DNA from: an uncultured Acidobacteriota bacterium
GTDB taxonomy: Bacteria > Acidobacteriota > UBA6911
Length of the DNA stretch: 64,000 bases
Direction: 5' to 3'
Assembly: GCA_963843575.1 (NCBI GenBank)
Contig: CAWJKZ010000024.1
Location: 256,001 to 320,000, forward strand
A program made the position numbers and the translations under genes. How positions within the stretch are numbered: the first letter of the stretch is position 1; the number at the start of each line of letters is the position of its first letter. This document shows positions 27,538 through 38,927 of the stretch, in pieces. The notes under the pieces were generated by a model, which worked only from the letters and a program-made list of their open reading frames with translations, was not told the DNA's origin and searched no databases.

Positions 27538-29268
27538 TCAGTTCAGGACCGATTCGCGCAGCACTTCGTCGAGGGTGGTCATGCCCGCCTTGATCTTGGT
27601 GAGCCCGCTCTGACGCAGCGTCAGCATCCCCTCTTCCACCGCCTTGCGCTTGATCTCGCGGGCCGAGGCGCCCACGAGGATGAGTTCCTGGATGTTCTCG
27701 GAGATTTCCATGACCTCGTAAAGCCCGATGCGCCCTTTGTACCCCGTGTTGTTGCAGGTCTTACACCCCTGCCCCGTGAACGTCTGGATGTTTTTCGCCT
27801 CTTCCTGCTGGAAACCTATGTTGACCAGCGCCTGGATCGGCGTCTTCGCCTCGGTCTTGCAGTCGGGGCAGATCTTGCGGATCAGACGCTGGGCGCAGAT
27901 CAGGTGGACCGAGGTGGCCACCAGGAAGGGCTCGATCCCCATGTTCAGCAGGCGGGAAATCGTCGATGGGGCGTCGTTGGTGTGGACGCTCGACAGCACC
28001 AGGTGGCCGGTGAGCGCCGCCTTGATCGCGATCTCGGTGGTTTCGAAGTCGCGGATTTCGCCGACCAGGATGATGTTCGGGTCCTGGCGCAGGAATGAGC
28101 GGAGCGCCGCGGCGAACGTCAGCCCGATCTGTTCCTTGATCTGGACCTGGTTGATGCCGCGGAAGTTGTATTCGACCGGGTCTTCCGCGGTCATGATGTT
28201 CGTCTCGGGCGTGTTGAGGCGGTTCAGCGCGGCGTAGAGCGTCGACGTCTTCCCGCTGCCGGTCGGCCCGGTCACAAGCACCATGCCGTACGGCTTCAGA
28301 ATCCCGGCCTCGACCCGCTTGAGCGAGGCTTCCTCGAACCCAAGCTTGCTCATGTCGAGCGGCAGGTTGTCGCGGTCGAGGATGCGCATGACGATCTTTT
28401 CGCCGAACAGCGTCGGCAGGGTAGAGATGCGGTAGTCGATCTCCTTCTTCTTGGTGTCGAAGGTGGTCCGGATCTTGATGCGGCCGTCCTGCGGCAGGCG
28501 CTTTTCCGAGATGTCCATCTTCGCCATGATCTTGATGCGCGAAGTGATCGCATCCTTCAGGCGCAGCGGCGGATTCATCATGTTGTACAGGATGCCGTCG
28601 ATCCGGAAGCGAACCCGGAAGTCCTTCTCGTAGGGCTCCAGGTGGATGTCGCTCGCCCCCTTCTTGAGCGAGTCGGATAGGATGAGGTTGACGAGCTTGA
28701 TGATCGGGGCCTCTTCGCTCGAGCGCTGCAGCTGATCGATCGAGACCTCCTCGGTCTCGTCCCCGGCGTCCAGGTCGAGCTCGAAGCTGTCCTTCTCCCC
28801 CAGCGCGATCTCGTCGTAGACCTTCTTCAATTCAATCGCGTGGACGGTGCCGTAGTACTTCTCGAGCGCCTCCTGGATCGAAACTTCCGAGGCGACCACG
28901 GGTTCGACGTTGAAACCCGTCATGAACTTGATGTCGTCCATGGCGAAGACGTTCGTCGGGTCCGCCGTCGCGATCGTCAGGGTGCTGCCGACACGGCTCA
29001 GCGGGATGATCAGGTACTTGCGCGCCGTTTCGACGGGGATGAGCTTGATTACCGAAGGGTCGATCTCAAAGTAGGAGAGGTTGATGGACGGCACGCCGTA
29101 TTGACGGCTCAACACCGACGTGATGTCGTCGTCGTCGACCAAGCCAAGCCCGATCAGGACCGAGCCCAGGCGGCCCCCGTTCTGCCGCTGATGCTTCAGC
29201 GCGGTGTCGAGTTGCTCGGCCGTGATGAGATTCTCCCGTACCAGCAGTTCGCCGATCTGTGATGGCAT
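27538..29268 (-). CDS. pilB: Type IV pilus assembly ATPase PilB
   Basis: MshEN-like N-terminus, ASDIHLEP, RLPQDGR, GPTGSGKT, LRQDP, tetracysteine CPDC/CKTC. Confidence 0.96.
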   Translation of the reverse strand: MPSQIGELLVRENLITAEQLDTALKHQRQNGGRLGSVLIGLGLVDDDDITSVLSRQYGVPSINLSYFEIDPSVIKLIPVETARKYLIIPLSRVGSTLTIATADPTNVFAMDDIKFMTGFNVEPVVASEVSIQEALEKYYGTVHAIELKKVYDEIALGEKDSFELDLDAGDETEEVSIDQLQRSSEEAPIIKLVNLILSDSLKKGASDIHLEPYEKDFRVRFRIDGILYNMMNPPLRLKDAITSRIKIMAKMDISEKRLPQDGRIKIRTTFDTKKKEIDYRISTLPTLFGEKIVMRILDRDNLPLDMSKLGFEEASLKRVEAGILKPYGMVLVTGPTGSGKTSTLYAALNRLNTPETNIMTAEDPVEYNFRGINQVQIKEQIGLTFAAALRSFLRQDPNIILVGEIRDFETTEIAIKAALTGHLVLSSVHTNDAPSTISRLLNMGIEPFLVATSVHLICAQRLIRKICPDCKTEAKTPIQALVNIGFQQEEAKNIQTFTGQGCKTCNNTGYKGRIGLYEVMEISENIQELILVGASAREIKRKAVEEGMLTLRQSGLTKIKAGMTTLDEVLRESVLN

Positions 29269-29272
29269 TTGC

Positions 29273-30178
29273 CTAAGTCGCCTTGCGCAAGAGGATGTCG
29301 ATGCTTGTGGTTACGAACAGCAACACGCTTATCCAGCCATTGATGGTGAAAAACGCGGTGTTGACACGCGTTAGATCCGACGGACGCACCAGGCTGTGCT
29401 CCCAGGCCAGCAACGCGGCCACGACCGCGAGCCCCGCCAGGCTGATTGCCCCGAGCCCCTCGCTGAGGAAGAGGAAGGCCAGTAGCGCGACCATGACCAG
29501 GTGCAGCAACCCGGAGATCCAGAGGGCGCCCTTGATGCCGAAGCGCTTCGGGATGGAGTGCAGTGGCTCGCCCCTGTCGAATTCGAGGTCCTGGCAGCCG
29601 TAGATGATGTCGAAGGCGGCCACCCACAAAACGACAGCCAGACCGAGGACGAGCGGCGTCGCCGACAAGCTCCCGCGCACGGCGATCCATGCCCCGATCG
29701 GGGCGCATGAAAGGGCGATGCCCAGGAACACGTGGCTCAGCCATGTGAAACGCTTGGTGTACGAGTAGAAGAACACGATCGCCAGGGCCAGCGGGCTGAG
29801 ACGGAAGGCCAGCGGGTTCAGCCGAAACGCCGCAAACACGAGCAGCGCGGCCGAAAGGGCCGTAAAGACTACCACGTACCCTCTGCCGACCAAGCCCTTC
29901 GGCAGCGCGCGCGCCGCCGTGCGCGGATTTCGGGCGTCGAAGGGTAGATCGATCAGTCTGTTGAACGCCATCGCCGCGCTCCGGGCTCCCACCATGGCCA
30001 ACATTATCCATCCGCACTGATCGGCACGAGGCAGCCCGCTCGCTCCGAGAAACGCGCCCAGAAAGGCGAACGGGAGCGCGAACAGCGTGTGCTCGATCTT
30101 CACCATCTCGAGCGTGATTTTCAGTCTTCTCAACAAAACGGCACCGTGCAGGGTCGCTCGCCCTTGCCGGACGACCAA
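29273..30178 (-). CDS. ubiA: UbiA-family prenyltransferase, MqnP-like (start probably near 30140)
   Basis: KIEHTLFALPF, ARSAAMAFNRLID...D..NPRT..R.LP, YSYTKRF, FDIIY..QD..FD. Confidence 0.9.
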   Translation of the reverse strand: MVVRQGRATLHGAVLLRRLKITLEMVKIEHTLFALPFAFLGAFLGASGLPRADQCGWIMLAMVGARSAAMAFNRLIDLPFDARNPRTAARALPKGLVGRGYVVVFTALSAALLVFAAFRLNPLAFRLSPLALAIVFFYSYTKRFTWLSHVFLGIALSCAPIGAWIAVRGSLSATPLVLGLAVVLWVAAFDIIYGCQDLEFDRGEPLHSIPKRFGIKGALWISGLLHLVMVALLAFLFLSEGLGAISLAGLAVVAALLAWEHSLVRPSDLTRVNTAFFTINGWISVLLFVTTSIDILLRKAT

Positions 30179-30445
30179 TCCCGGGAAATGCCCCTGCCGG
30201 CAAGAGTGACTGCACTTCTGCTTAGTTATCGGCAGGAGGTCGTTAATTATTGAACAATTTTATTTTGCCCACGTTTCGGGCAAGTCCAACAAAACAAAAG
30301 AATAGCAAATCGCTTCCCCCCGAGTGGACGAATTGGCCCTCCCCATGATGTATCAACTCCGCCGCCAGTTTCCCGAGCAACGAATTTTGACCCAAATCCT
30401 GAAGAGGCTGTCCAACGGTTGATCTGCCCACCCTGCCCGTAAAGC

Positions 30446-30553
30446 AAGTGGGTCCGGGCTTCAGACCGGACGTCTTTAAAGCCGTTCCATAGAGTTCCAG
30501 CTGCCCTGCATAGCGACAGCAAACGGCGTCCGGGCTGAAGCCCGGACCCACTT
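30446..30553. repeat. REPIN-like inverted REP doublet, family 1, copy C
   Basis: 108 bp; same terminal REPs with a diverged spacer. Confidence 0.9.
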
Positions 30554-30602
30554 GAGAAGCAACGCTCCGATCTGCTATTTTCTGTGTCCGGGAGGAACCG
30601 CC

Positions 30603-31742
30603 TTGATACGCATTCAGTCCGTTCATCTGCGCGAGATCCGCCTGCCCCTCGTCCACTTCTTCGAGACGAGCTTCGGCCGGACGTCGGTGCGCAGGATCAT
30701 CCTCCTGACCGTCCGTTCCGACGACGGCGCGGCCGGCTATGGCGAATGCACTGCCGCGGAGGACCCGTTCTACAGCAGCGAGACGACCGAGACCGCATGG
30801 CACATGCTGTGCGATTTCGTGGTGCCCCGGCTGCTCGGGCGCGACCTGAAGAACGCGGCTGAAGCGGACGGAATCCTGTCCCCGATCCGGGGCAACCGCA
30901 TGGCCCGGGCGGCGCTCGAGACCGCGCTTTGGGACCTCGAGGCGCGGCGCGCGGGCCTGCCGCTCTACCGCCACCTCGGGGGCGTGCGCGACGAAATCCA
31001 GTGCGGCGTGTCCATCGGGATACAGGATTCCGTCGCCCTGCTGGTGGAGAAGGTCCGGGAGGAAGTGAGACACGGGTACAGGCGGGTGAAGGTCAAGATC
31101 AAGCCCGGGTGGGAAAGGGAGCCGTTGCGGGCTATCCGGGCCGAGTTTCCCGACATCCCCTTGATGGCCGACGCCAACTCCGCCTTCACCCTGGCCGACC
31201 TGCCGCTCCTGCAGGAACTCGAGCGCTATGACCTCATGATGATCGAGCAGCCTCTCGGTCACGATGACATCGTGGACCACGCGGTGCTGCAGCGGCAGAT
31301 CGCCACGCCCGTGTGCCTGGACGAATCGATCCACACGGCGGAGGATGCGCGCAAGGCCGTCGAAATGGGGAGTTGCCGCATCATCAACGTGAAGCTGGGC
31401 AGGGTGGGAGGTTTTTCCGAGGCGCTCAAGATCAACGACTACTGCTGCAGGAACGGCGTCCCGGTCTGGTGCGGCGGGATGCTGGAAAGCGGTGTCGGCC
31501 GCGCTCACAACATCGCGATGTCGACCCTGTCGGGTTTCGTGCTTCCGGGGGACGTGTCCGCCAGCCGGAGGTACTATGCGGAAGACACCGTCGCGCCGCC
31601 GGTCGAGGTCACGCCGGAAGGTATGATCCGGGTGCCGCAATCTCCCGGCATAGGATATGCCCTGAACGAGCGCCGCATCGAGCAGGCGACCGTCCGGACC
31701 CGCGAGATCGTCCGCCGGCAGACGGGAGTCGTCGATGCCTGA
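30603..31742 (+). CDS. menC: o-succinylbenzoate synthase / N-succinylamino acid racemase (enolase superfamily)
   Basis: FETSFG, KVKIK, DAN, EQP, DES, NVKLGRVGG, CGGMLE, GDVSAS; TTG start after GGAGG. Confidence 0.88.
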   Translation: MIRIQSVHLREIRLPLVHFFETSFGRTSVRRIILLTVRSDDGAAGYGECTAAEDPFYSSETTETAWHMLCDFVVPRLLGRDLKNAAEADGILSPIRGNRMARAALETALWDLEARRAGLPLYRHLGGVRDEIQCGVSIGIQDSVALLVEKVREEVRHGYRRVKVKIKPGWEREPLRAIRAEFPDIPLMADANSAFTLADLPLLQELERYDLMMIEQPLGHDDIVDHAVLQRQIATPVCLDESIHTAEDARKAVEMGSCRIINVKLGRVGGFSEALKINDYCCRNGVPVWCGGMLESGVGRAHNIAMSTLSGFVLPGDVSASRRYYAEDTVAPPVEVTPEGMIRVPQSPGIGYALNERRIEQATVRTREIVRRQTGVVDA

Positions 31743-32440
31743 CCGGATCGTCGGCATCCTGGGCGGCATGGGACCGGCGGCCACAGCCGACCTCTTCCTT
31801 GAAATCATCCGCCTGACGCCAGCTCGGGTGGACCAGGAACACATCCGGGTGCTGATCTACTCTAACCCGAAGATCCCCGACCGCACGAAGGCGATACTCG
31901 CCGGGGGCGAGGACCCCGTCCCGGAGATGGCCGACGCCGCGCGGGTGCTCGAGCAGGCGGGGGCCGGCATCCTGGCGATCCCGTGCAACAACGCGCACTG
32001 CTTCCTGCCGCGCCTGCGGAGCGCGAGTCGGCATCCCGGTCCTGGACATGATCGAGGAGAGCTGTCGCGCCCTGCGCTCGGAGCGACCGCAGATCAGGAG
32101 GGCGGGCCTGCTGGCCGCCGCGGGCACGGTGAAGAGCCGGATCTACGAAACGGTGTTCGCCCGCGACGGCGTCGAAGTCGTCGCGCCCGACGAGGCAGAC
32201 CAGGCACGCGTTCACGCCGCCATCCAGGACGTCAAGGCCGGGGGCCGCGGCGCCGGCACGGCTGGCGTCCTCTACTCGGCCGGAGCGGCCCTCGTTGCCC
32301 GCGGTGCCGAGGCAGTGATCCTCGGGTGCACCGAGATACCGTTGGTCTTCGACCCGATGGGGGCCGGTTATCCGACGATCAACCCCACGCGGGTCCTGGC
32401 CCAGGCTGCGATCGCATGGGCGCTGGGGGAACGGCCGTGA
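31735..32440 (+). CDS. Aspartate/glutamate racemase family protein (indel near 32035)
   Basis: GILGGMGPAAT, IPDRT, PCNNAH and LGCTEIP (both catalytic Cys present). Confidence 0.9.
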
Positions 32441-33114
32441 GCCCCTGCCGAGCCATCCTGCTCGACCTCGGCAAGGTCCTGGTCGATTTCGACGTCAGGG
32501 AATTCGGGCGCCGGATCCTGCCGCGCGCCGGCATCACCGGCGAGGAACTGCGCGCCATGATCGCCGCGGACGACCTGGCCCTCAGGTACGAAACGGGCGC
32601 GGTCGACGACGACGAGTTCCATCGGGAACTCTGCCGCAGAATGAAGACGGAGATCCCGCGGGCCGAATTTAACGAAGCCTGGACCTCGATCTTCCTGCCC
32701 CAGCCGCTGGTGCCCGAAGCGGTCATCGAGTCGCTTGCACGACGGGCCCCGCTGTGGATCGTCTCAAACACCAACAAGGCGCACTTCGATTTCATCGCCG
32801 GCCGCTACGGCTTCCTGCGGCATTTTCAGGGCTGGATCCTTTCGCACGAGGTGGGTGCCGTAAAGCCGGACCGTCGCATCTTCGAACTGGCCTTGCACCG
32901 CGCGCGGATAGAACCGTGCGAAGCCCTCTTCGTCGACGACCGCCCCGAGAACGTGGAGGCCGCGCGTGCCCTCGGCATCGATGCATTTCTCTTCATGGGA
33001 CTGGCGACCTTTTGCGAAGAACTTGCCGCGAGGGGGCTGCTTCAAGCGGAAGCCGACAGACAGAAGCCGGAAGCCGGGAGCCGGAAGCCGAGGGGGGGAA
33101 GGCCGGTAGAGTAA
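32437..33114 (+). CDS. HAD-family phosphatase (YihX-like)
   Basis: DLGKVLVD, SNTN, KPD..IF, FVDDRPENV; GTGA overlap with the racemase gene. Confidence 0.9.
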   Translation: MSPCRAILLDLGKVLVDFDVREFGRRILPRAGITGEELRAMIAADDLALRYETGAVDDDEFHRELCRRMKTEIPRAEFNEAWTSIFLPQPLVPEAVIESLARRAPLWIVSNTNKAHFDFIAGRYGFLRHFQGWILSHEVGAVKPDRRIFELALHRARIEPCEALFVDDRPENVEAARALGIDAFLFMGLATFCEELAARGLLQAEADRQKPEAGSRKPRGGRPVE

Positions 33115-33370
33115 AGGGCAGCTCACTCTGCTCCAAGGGCGGCGGGCGCCCGGGCATCGATGCGTTTTAGTTCAAGGAACGGAGGCCGGAGAACGGAAGC
33201 CGGAGAACGGAAGCCAGGCGGGGGGAACGGGGGTGGGGCAAATGGCGGCCCACCCTGCTCCTGGTCTCGGCGGGTTCCACATCGATAGGGTCCAATTCCG
33301 AGGGATGGAAGCCGGAAGTCCGGCGTTAGCGCACACGGCGGCACTGCCCCTGGCTTCCGGCTCCCGGCTC
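33047..33370. repeat. Short tandem heptamer repeats (GGAAGCC)n, direct and inverted
   Basis: CAGAAGCCGGAAGCCGGGAGCCGGAAGCCG, (CGGAAGCCGGAGAA)-type units, and inverted GGCTTCCGGCTCCCGGC. Confidence 0.75.
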
Positions 33371-33376
33371 TGTTCG

Positions 33377-35698
33377 TCACGGGATCGGTATGACGGGGAG
33401 TGCGGTCATGCTGGTGGCCGAGATGCGCAGCGCGACCGCGGGAACGGGATGGCTGGCCGTGATTTCGAGGTTGCCGCTTCCCTCGAACTCCGGAAAGATC
33501 TGCTGCGCGCCCGCGATCAGGTCGGCGCGCTGTGTTCCCGGTTCCAGGGTCACGGGCCCTTTCTCCAGGAGCGCTCGTGGCGGATTCGGGCCGTAGCCGG
33601 TAGTCGATTTCCGCAAGTCGCCGCCGACGTTGGCGACGGCTATCCCGGTGTTGTAGCCGTCCTTCTGTTCGACGAACAGGCAGAACCTGCTGTACGGCAC
33701 GGCCGCGGCTACCCCGACTTCAGTCTGCAGCCTCCCGGTTGAGGCGTCGTGCTGCGCAGTAGATGATGACGCCGCCCACGCCGTGGTCGGCGGTCAGGGT
33801 CGCGTAACCTGTTTCCAGCGGGCCCGGTGCGGATGCCTCGAGGAATGACGGTACTCAGCGGAGGCGATCGTGAAGTGTGGCTCGTCACCACCCCGCCTTC
33901 AATGCTGACGGGCATCGGCGACTCCGTTGGCGCGGACGAACCGGATGCTCCCGGATGGCGGGGAAGTAAGCCGGGGTTGGTCAGGATGATGGTCGAGCGA
34001 TAGGACTCGTGCGCCTGTGCCGGTGACGACCTGGGGGAAATAGAGGGTGACGGGCGCGAAGGCCTGGTTGATGTTGGTTGCGGGCAACGTGGTCAGCGTT
34101 CTCGGGGAACTGCGCAGCGCCACGGCGGGCACGGGGGAATCGGCGAAGACCTGGAGGCTGCCCCGGAAGTTCGTGACGGCAGGGAAGAGTTGCCCGGCGC
34201 CGCTTACGAAGGTCGAGATGTGGTGGCCGGATTCGAGCGAGACCGTGCGGGTGGAGACGGTCTGGCCGATCGTGTCGAGCAGCTTGAAATAGAGGCTCAC
34301 GGCCCGGCCGATTGCCGAGGTTCGCCACGGCGACGCCGGTGTTGAATTCGCCCGTGACGTCGACGGGGAAGGTGAAGAAATCCATGCCTGTCGCCGCCAC
34401 GACCCCGGCTTCCGTCATCAGCGCGCCGTCGGCCTCGTGCTGCGAGAAGACGGCGCTCCCGCCCACCGGCACGCTCGAGCTGCAGGACCGCGTAGCCCGA
34501 CACGCCCGGGGCCTGCGCCGTCCGTTTTGACGACGCCGCTCCCGTGCGGCGGAATCGTGAAGTACGCCGTGCCGACGGCGGCTGTCCCGGGGACGAAGGC
34601 GGACAGCAGCGGAGCGCCGTCGGAGTTGTAGAAGGTGACGTTGCCGCTGGCCGGCAGGTCGGAGAAGTTCACCAGCAGCAGGGTGGTGGTGAAGTACACG
34701 CCGCCGAATGAACCGTTCGCGATCTGCGGGAACCAAAGGTCGTGCATCGCGTGTATGTGCAGTTCGTAGTAGCCCAGGTCGTGGTTGGCGCTGCTCACGT
34801 AAGGGTCGGCACGGAACTGGCCGTTGGTGAACGCCGTCGAATACTGAGTATTCTGGTGCACCGTGACCGCGACGTAGTAGTTCCCGTCGCGCGGGATCTC
34901 GAATGACAGGGCCGGGTCTTCCATGAAGCCGCTGTCGGGATCCTTGTCGGCCACGGACTCGGCCAGCAGCCTGCCGGATGCATCGAACAGGCCGATTCTG
35001 GCCTTGACGATGAGGTTCCAGCCCTCGCTCCCCGCGTGTTCCAGCGCATCGACGTCCAGAGTGATCTTGGCGCCGCGCCGCGCCGAGATCTGGTACCAGT
35101 CGATGTCTCCGAAGTACAGGAGGTGGGAGCCATAGGTGTCAAACGGCATGGTAACCGGGGTGGCGGATTCCTGCGTGTCGTTCGGCTCGTATCTGTCCCC
35201 GATATAAATCCCATCAAACGTGGTGAACAGATAGATGAAGTACGGGCCGGTGGTGCCGTCCCCTCCACGGGTTCCTTGCGGAACGTGGCGGCGCCGCAAA
35301 CCGACGCGTAGTAGATGCCGGTCGACGGGACCTTCAGGTAGACGATGGGGTCGTTTTCGGCGCGGTTGCGCCCGAGGTTGAACTCCTTGTCGTTGTACTC
35401 GAGCAGGTTGCCCGCCCTCGTCGTACAGGGCGACCATCGGGTCGAGCTCGGAGCCCTGGGACGCCGCCTGCACCCAGACCGTGACCTCCTGGCCCGCGCG
35501 CAGCTCGAACTTGTAGAAGTCGATGTCGGTGGACCCGCTGATCGTGCCGCCTCCCGACATGAATGGCAGGGACAGCGCGGTGGCACCCTGCAGGGTGTCG
35601 TTCGGCTCGATGTCCTGACCGAACGCGGCCGAGCCGGGCAGGATGAGAGCTGCGATCGCAATCCACAGTAGCCTTGGCACGCAGGTGCGGGTCCACAT
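33377..35698 (-). CDS. Secreted protein: two PPC (pre-peptidase C-terminal)-like domains plus four beta-sandwich repeats (several indels)
   Basis: Signal peptide; EPNDT..AT twice; DIDFY/DIDWY; repeats FPQIANG..TT..LVN, FPVD...FNTGVAVAN, FPQVVTG, YNTGIAVAN. Confidence 0.75.
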
Positions 35699-35714
35699 GA
35701 CAGTTCTGTCCGAT

Positions 35715-38700
35715 CTAGCGGATGTCCAGGTACAGGCGATTGGACGTGCCGCCGTTGTCCGGGTTGGTGACGCACACGGGAATCCTGCCGGCGTACTGGA
35801 TCAGCGACGCCGGGACCTCCGCCCGAAGCTGGTGATCGCTGACGAAGTGCGTCTGCAGCACGGCCGAATAGAAACGGACCTGGGCGCCGTTGCGCAGATT
35901 CGTGCCGTTGATCACGAGGGTGAACGACGGACCGCCCGCCGCCACCGCCTCCGGGCTCATCGAGACCAGGAACGGGTTGGCCGCGAAGTTGCCCTCGGTG
36001 ATGAAGAAGCTGAGCCCCTCCGATTCACCGCCGCCGGGTTGCGGGTTGGCGACCTCCACGATCCACTCGCCCAGCGAGGTCGCGTAGTCGACGTCCATGC
36101 TCGTGTACAGCTGGGTGGAACTCAGCACCTGAAGGTTCCCGGACCCGAATTCGGGCGGGGGATAGGTGCCGGCCTGGTACACACGGACGAGCGTCTGCGG
36201 GCCGAAGTTCGTACCGTTCACGACGACGGGCATCGAGAACTTTCCGAGCACGTCGAGCGCGGTCGCCGAGCCAGTGATTACGGAGGTGATCGTCGGCTGC
36301 AGGCCTTCGACCTTGAAGAATACCGATTCCGAACTGGCCAGGGACGGGTCGGGGTTCTGCACCCAGATCCGCGCGAACCCGGATCTGGTCAGCAGCTCCG
36401 GGGGCACCTTGGCGTACAGGTGGACCGCCAGGCAATAGGCGTTGTTCTCGCAGTAGCTGGTCGCCAGGGCCTGGTTGTTGAAATAGACCACCGCGCCGCG
36501 CCGGAATCCCCAGCCGATCACCTCTATGTTCAGGGCTCCCGCACCGGGCTCCAGCCTCGCCGAGACCGTGTTGGGCGAAACGCCCTCCACGGCCGGTGCA
36601 GGGTTAGTAGACCGTCAGCAGCTGCACGTTCGATTCGACGTTGGCGGGATACGGGTTCTGCACGGTCACCGGGAAGATGCCGCCACGCGTGAAGTACTGC
36701 GCGGGCAGGTCTGCGACGATCTGTGCGTCGTCCACCACCTGCGTGCGAATGCCGTCGCTCTGGCCGTTGACCTTGACGACGGCCCCGGGCAGGAAGCCCG
36801 CGCCGCGCAGCGTGATGGTCGTCGCCGCGCTTCCCCTCGACGAGCGTCCCGCGGCCCTGACCGTGTTGAGCAGGGGACGGGCCTAGATAGGCCACGAAGG
36901 GGAAGCTCTGGGTGACGCGGCGCCGCGGCCCGTTCTCGTCGGTGACGACGTAGATCTCGAAGCGGTCCGGCACCGCGAGCATGTGGGCCGGGATGAGGAC
37001 CTGGAGATGGTTGGCGTCCACCGGCGTGGTCGCCAGCCGGCCGCGCCCACATACGCCTGGGACGAGCCGTCGAAATCGCTGCCGAATATGCTGACGATGG
37101 TGTCGGGGCTGTCGACCGGCATGGAAGCCGGCTGCACCACGATGGCGTCAGGAGCGGTGAAGCCCTGGAAATCCTGGCGCTTGCTCGCCGTCGTGATTTC
37201 GAAATTCGTCTGCGCCGGGACAAACTGGAAGCCGAACTGATCGACCGTCATCGAGTAGCGCCCCGCCGGCAGACCGGTGAACGCATACAGACCCTCCGCG
37301 TTGGTCGTGGCCAGTTTCCCGACCGGGCCGGAGAGCACGACCTTGAAGCCCACGGCGGGGAGATCATTGAGCGTGACCTTGCCGGTCACGGCGAACGCCG
37401 TGAGCGGGGCGGGGACGAAGGGCGTGGTCAACGGCTGGGCGGCGAAGTTCGACAGTGTCGCGCCGTCCTTGGTCCAGATGGAGGAGGTCGCAAACAGCGG
37501 TTCGTTCGCCCGGACGTACACGTAACCGCCCGTCTGATCGGTCACCTCGGGCAGCAGCTCGCCGATGCGCCGCGAGACGGCAGCGCCCGGCTCGATGGCC
37601 ACCTGCACGAACCCAACGGTTGCGCCGCTGGCCTTCGACCACGTAAATATTCGCGTAGCTCGTGTTGGAGGTGGGGTTGGCGAGGCTGATTTCGGTCGAT
37701 CCCGCGGTGCCTTCGACCACCTGCGGGAAGACAAACTCGACTCCCGGCATCTTCTGCATCGCCAGGGCCGAGAGCGATCCCGTGTCGCTGCGCCCATAGA
37801 TCAGGGAAGCCGAAACCCGTCCCGTGGACTGGACGAGAAGCCAGCCCTCCTTCTCGCCGCCGAAGGAAGCGAAGAAGCCCTGCAGCGGGGACACGGAGGC
37901 CCCCGTTCGCTTTCAGTGTCACCTTCCGGCTCGCCAGGATGATGCCGTTGTTTGCGATGGCCGTGACTGTAACGTCCGCCGAGGCGGGTTCGAGGTTCGC
38001 GAGGGAGATTGCCGAGGCGTACTCTTCGCCTGTCTTGAAGTGAGCGATGCCGCCTCCGTTCGAGGCCTGCGTCGGGACCTGCGCATTCAGGGCGGCGATG
38101 TCGACTCGTCCGGCCAGGTCGGGCACAGAGGAGAAACCCAGGAACAGGCTCGTCCCGGCGACCGATTGTGCCTGCGAGAAGATGTTGAGGGGCTTTGTGA
38201 GCGCGGTGACGTGAGACGCCCCGGAGAAACTCGTCCCGGCCGGGAAGAGGTCTTTGGCCATGCCGCGGTAGGCGCCCTGGGCGGGCACCTGGACGCTCCC
38301 TTTGCCGAGCAGGTCTCCGCCGTATCCCCAGAGGCTCAACTCCACCGCCGTCCCGCGCGGGTTAGGGTTGACCAGGTCGATCTCCGAGTACCCCTCGGTC
38401 GGTCCCGGCACGACCGGGAAGACCAGCGTGGTGCCCGAAGCGGGCGCCCCCGCGCCGTCGCTGTAGGTGCCGTCGGAGTTGAATATCTGATAGTAGACGA
38501 TCAGGCCTGACGTGGGGCTGCTCACCCTCAGTGACGCGTCGATGATGCCGTAACCGAAGAGATCTGTCGCCGCCCTCGCCGTCTGCCCGAGCGCCGGCAC
38601 CACCAGTGTGACGGGATTGACCACGCCTGCGACCTCGCTCCCAGCCGTGCCGACCAGCGTCAGCGTGACCACAGCGTCCTTGATCCCCGGATTGAAGATC

Positions 38701-38864
38701 GCAATGCCGCTGTTCACTTCGCCGCCGGCCACGAAACTCGGAAACAGGAACTGCGACTGAGCGGACGCGACCTGTGCCGACAGCCCCGCAGCCGTCAGAA
38801 GGGCGCACAGGATGACAAGCGCCATCCGGGAACGGGTTGCTCGGGACATCACATGCCTGACCAT
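35715..38864 (-). CDS. Large secreted protein: four beta-sandwich repeats, carboxypeptidase-regulatory-like domain and IPT/TIG-like repeats (several indels)
   Basis: Signal peptide; FP...G...I...N repeats; TTNAEGLYAFTGLPAGRY; INGTN...V.F...V.NP.GG.SN units. Confidence 0.75.
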
Positions 38865-38927
38865 AGTTTTGCTCTCGCTTGAATGGCGGCGGGGGAGGTT
38901 ACCGTCGTCCCCCGGCTGCGCGGCCCC

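Noticed and set aside
31735-33114. Apparent racemase-HAD fusion (459 aa); likewise the 986-aa ORF 50468..53428 joining lpxD and ABC genes
   Set aside because: Indel artefacts; GTGA overlaps at 32437-32440 and 51554-51557 mark the true gene boundaries.
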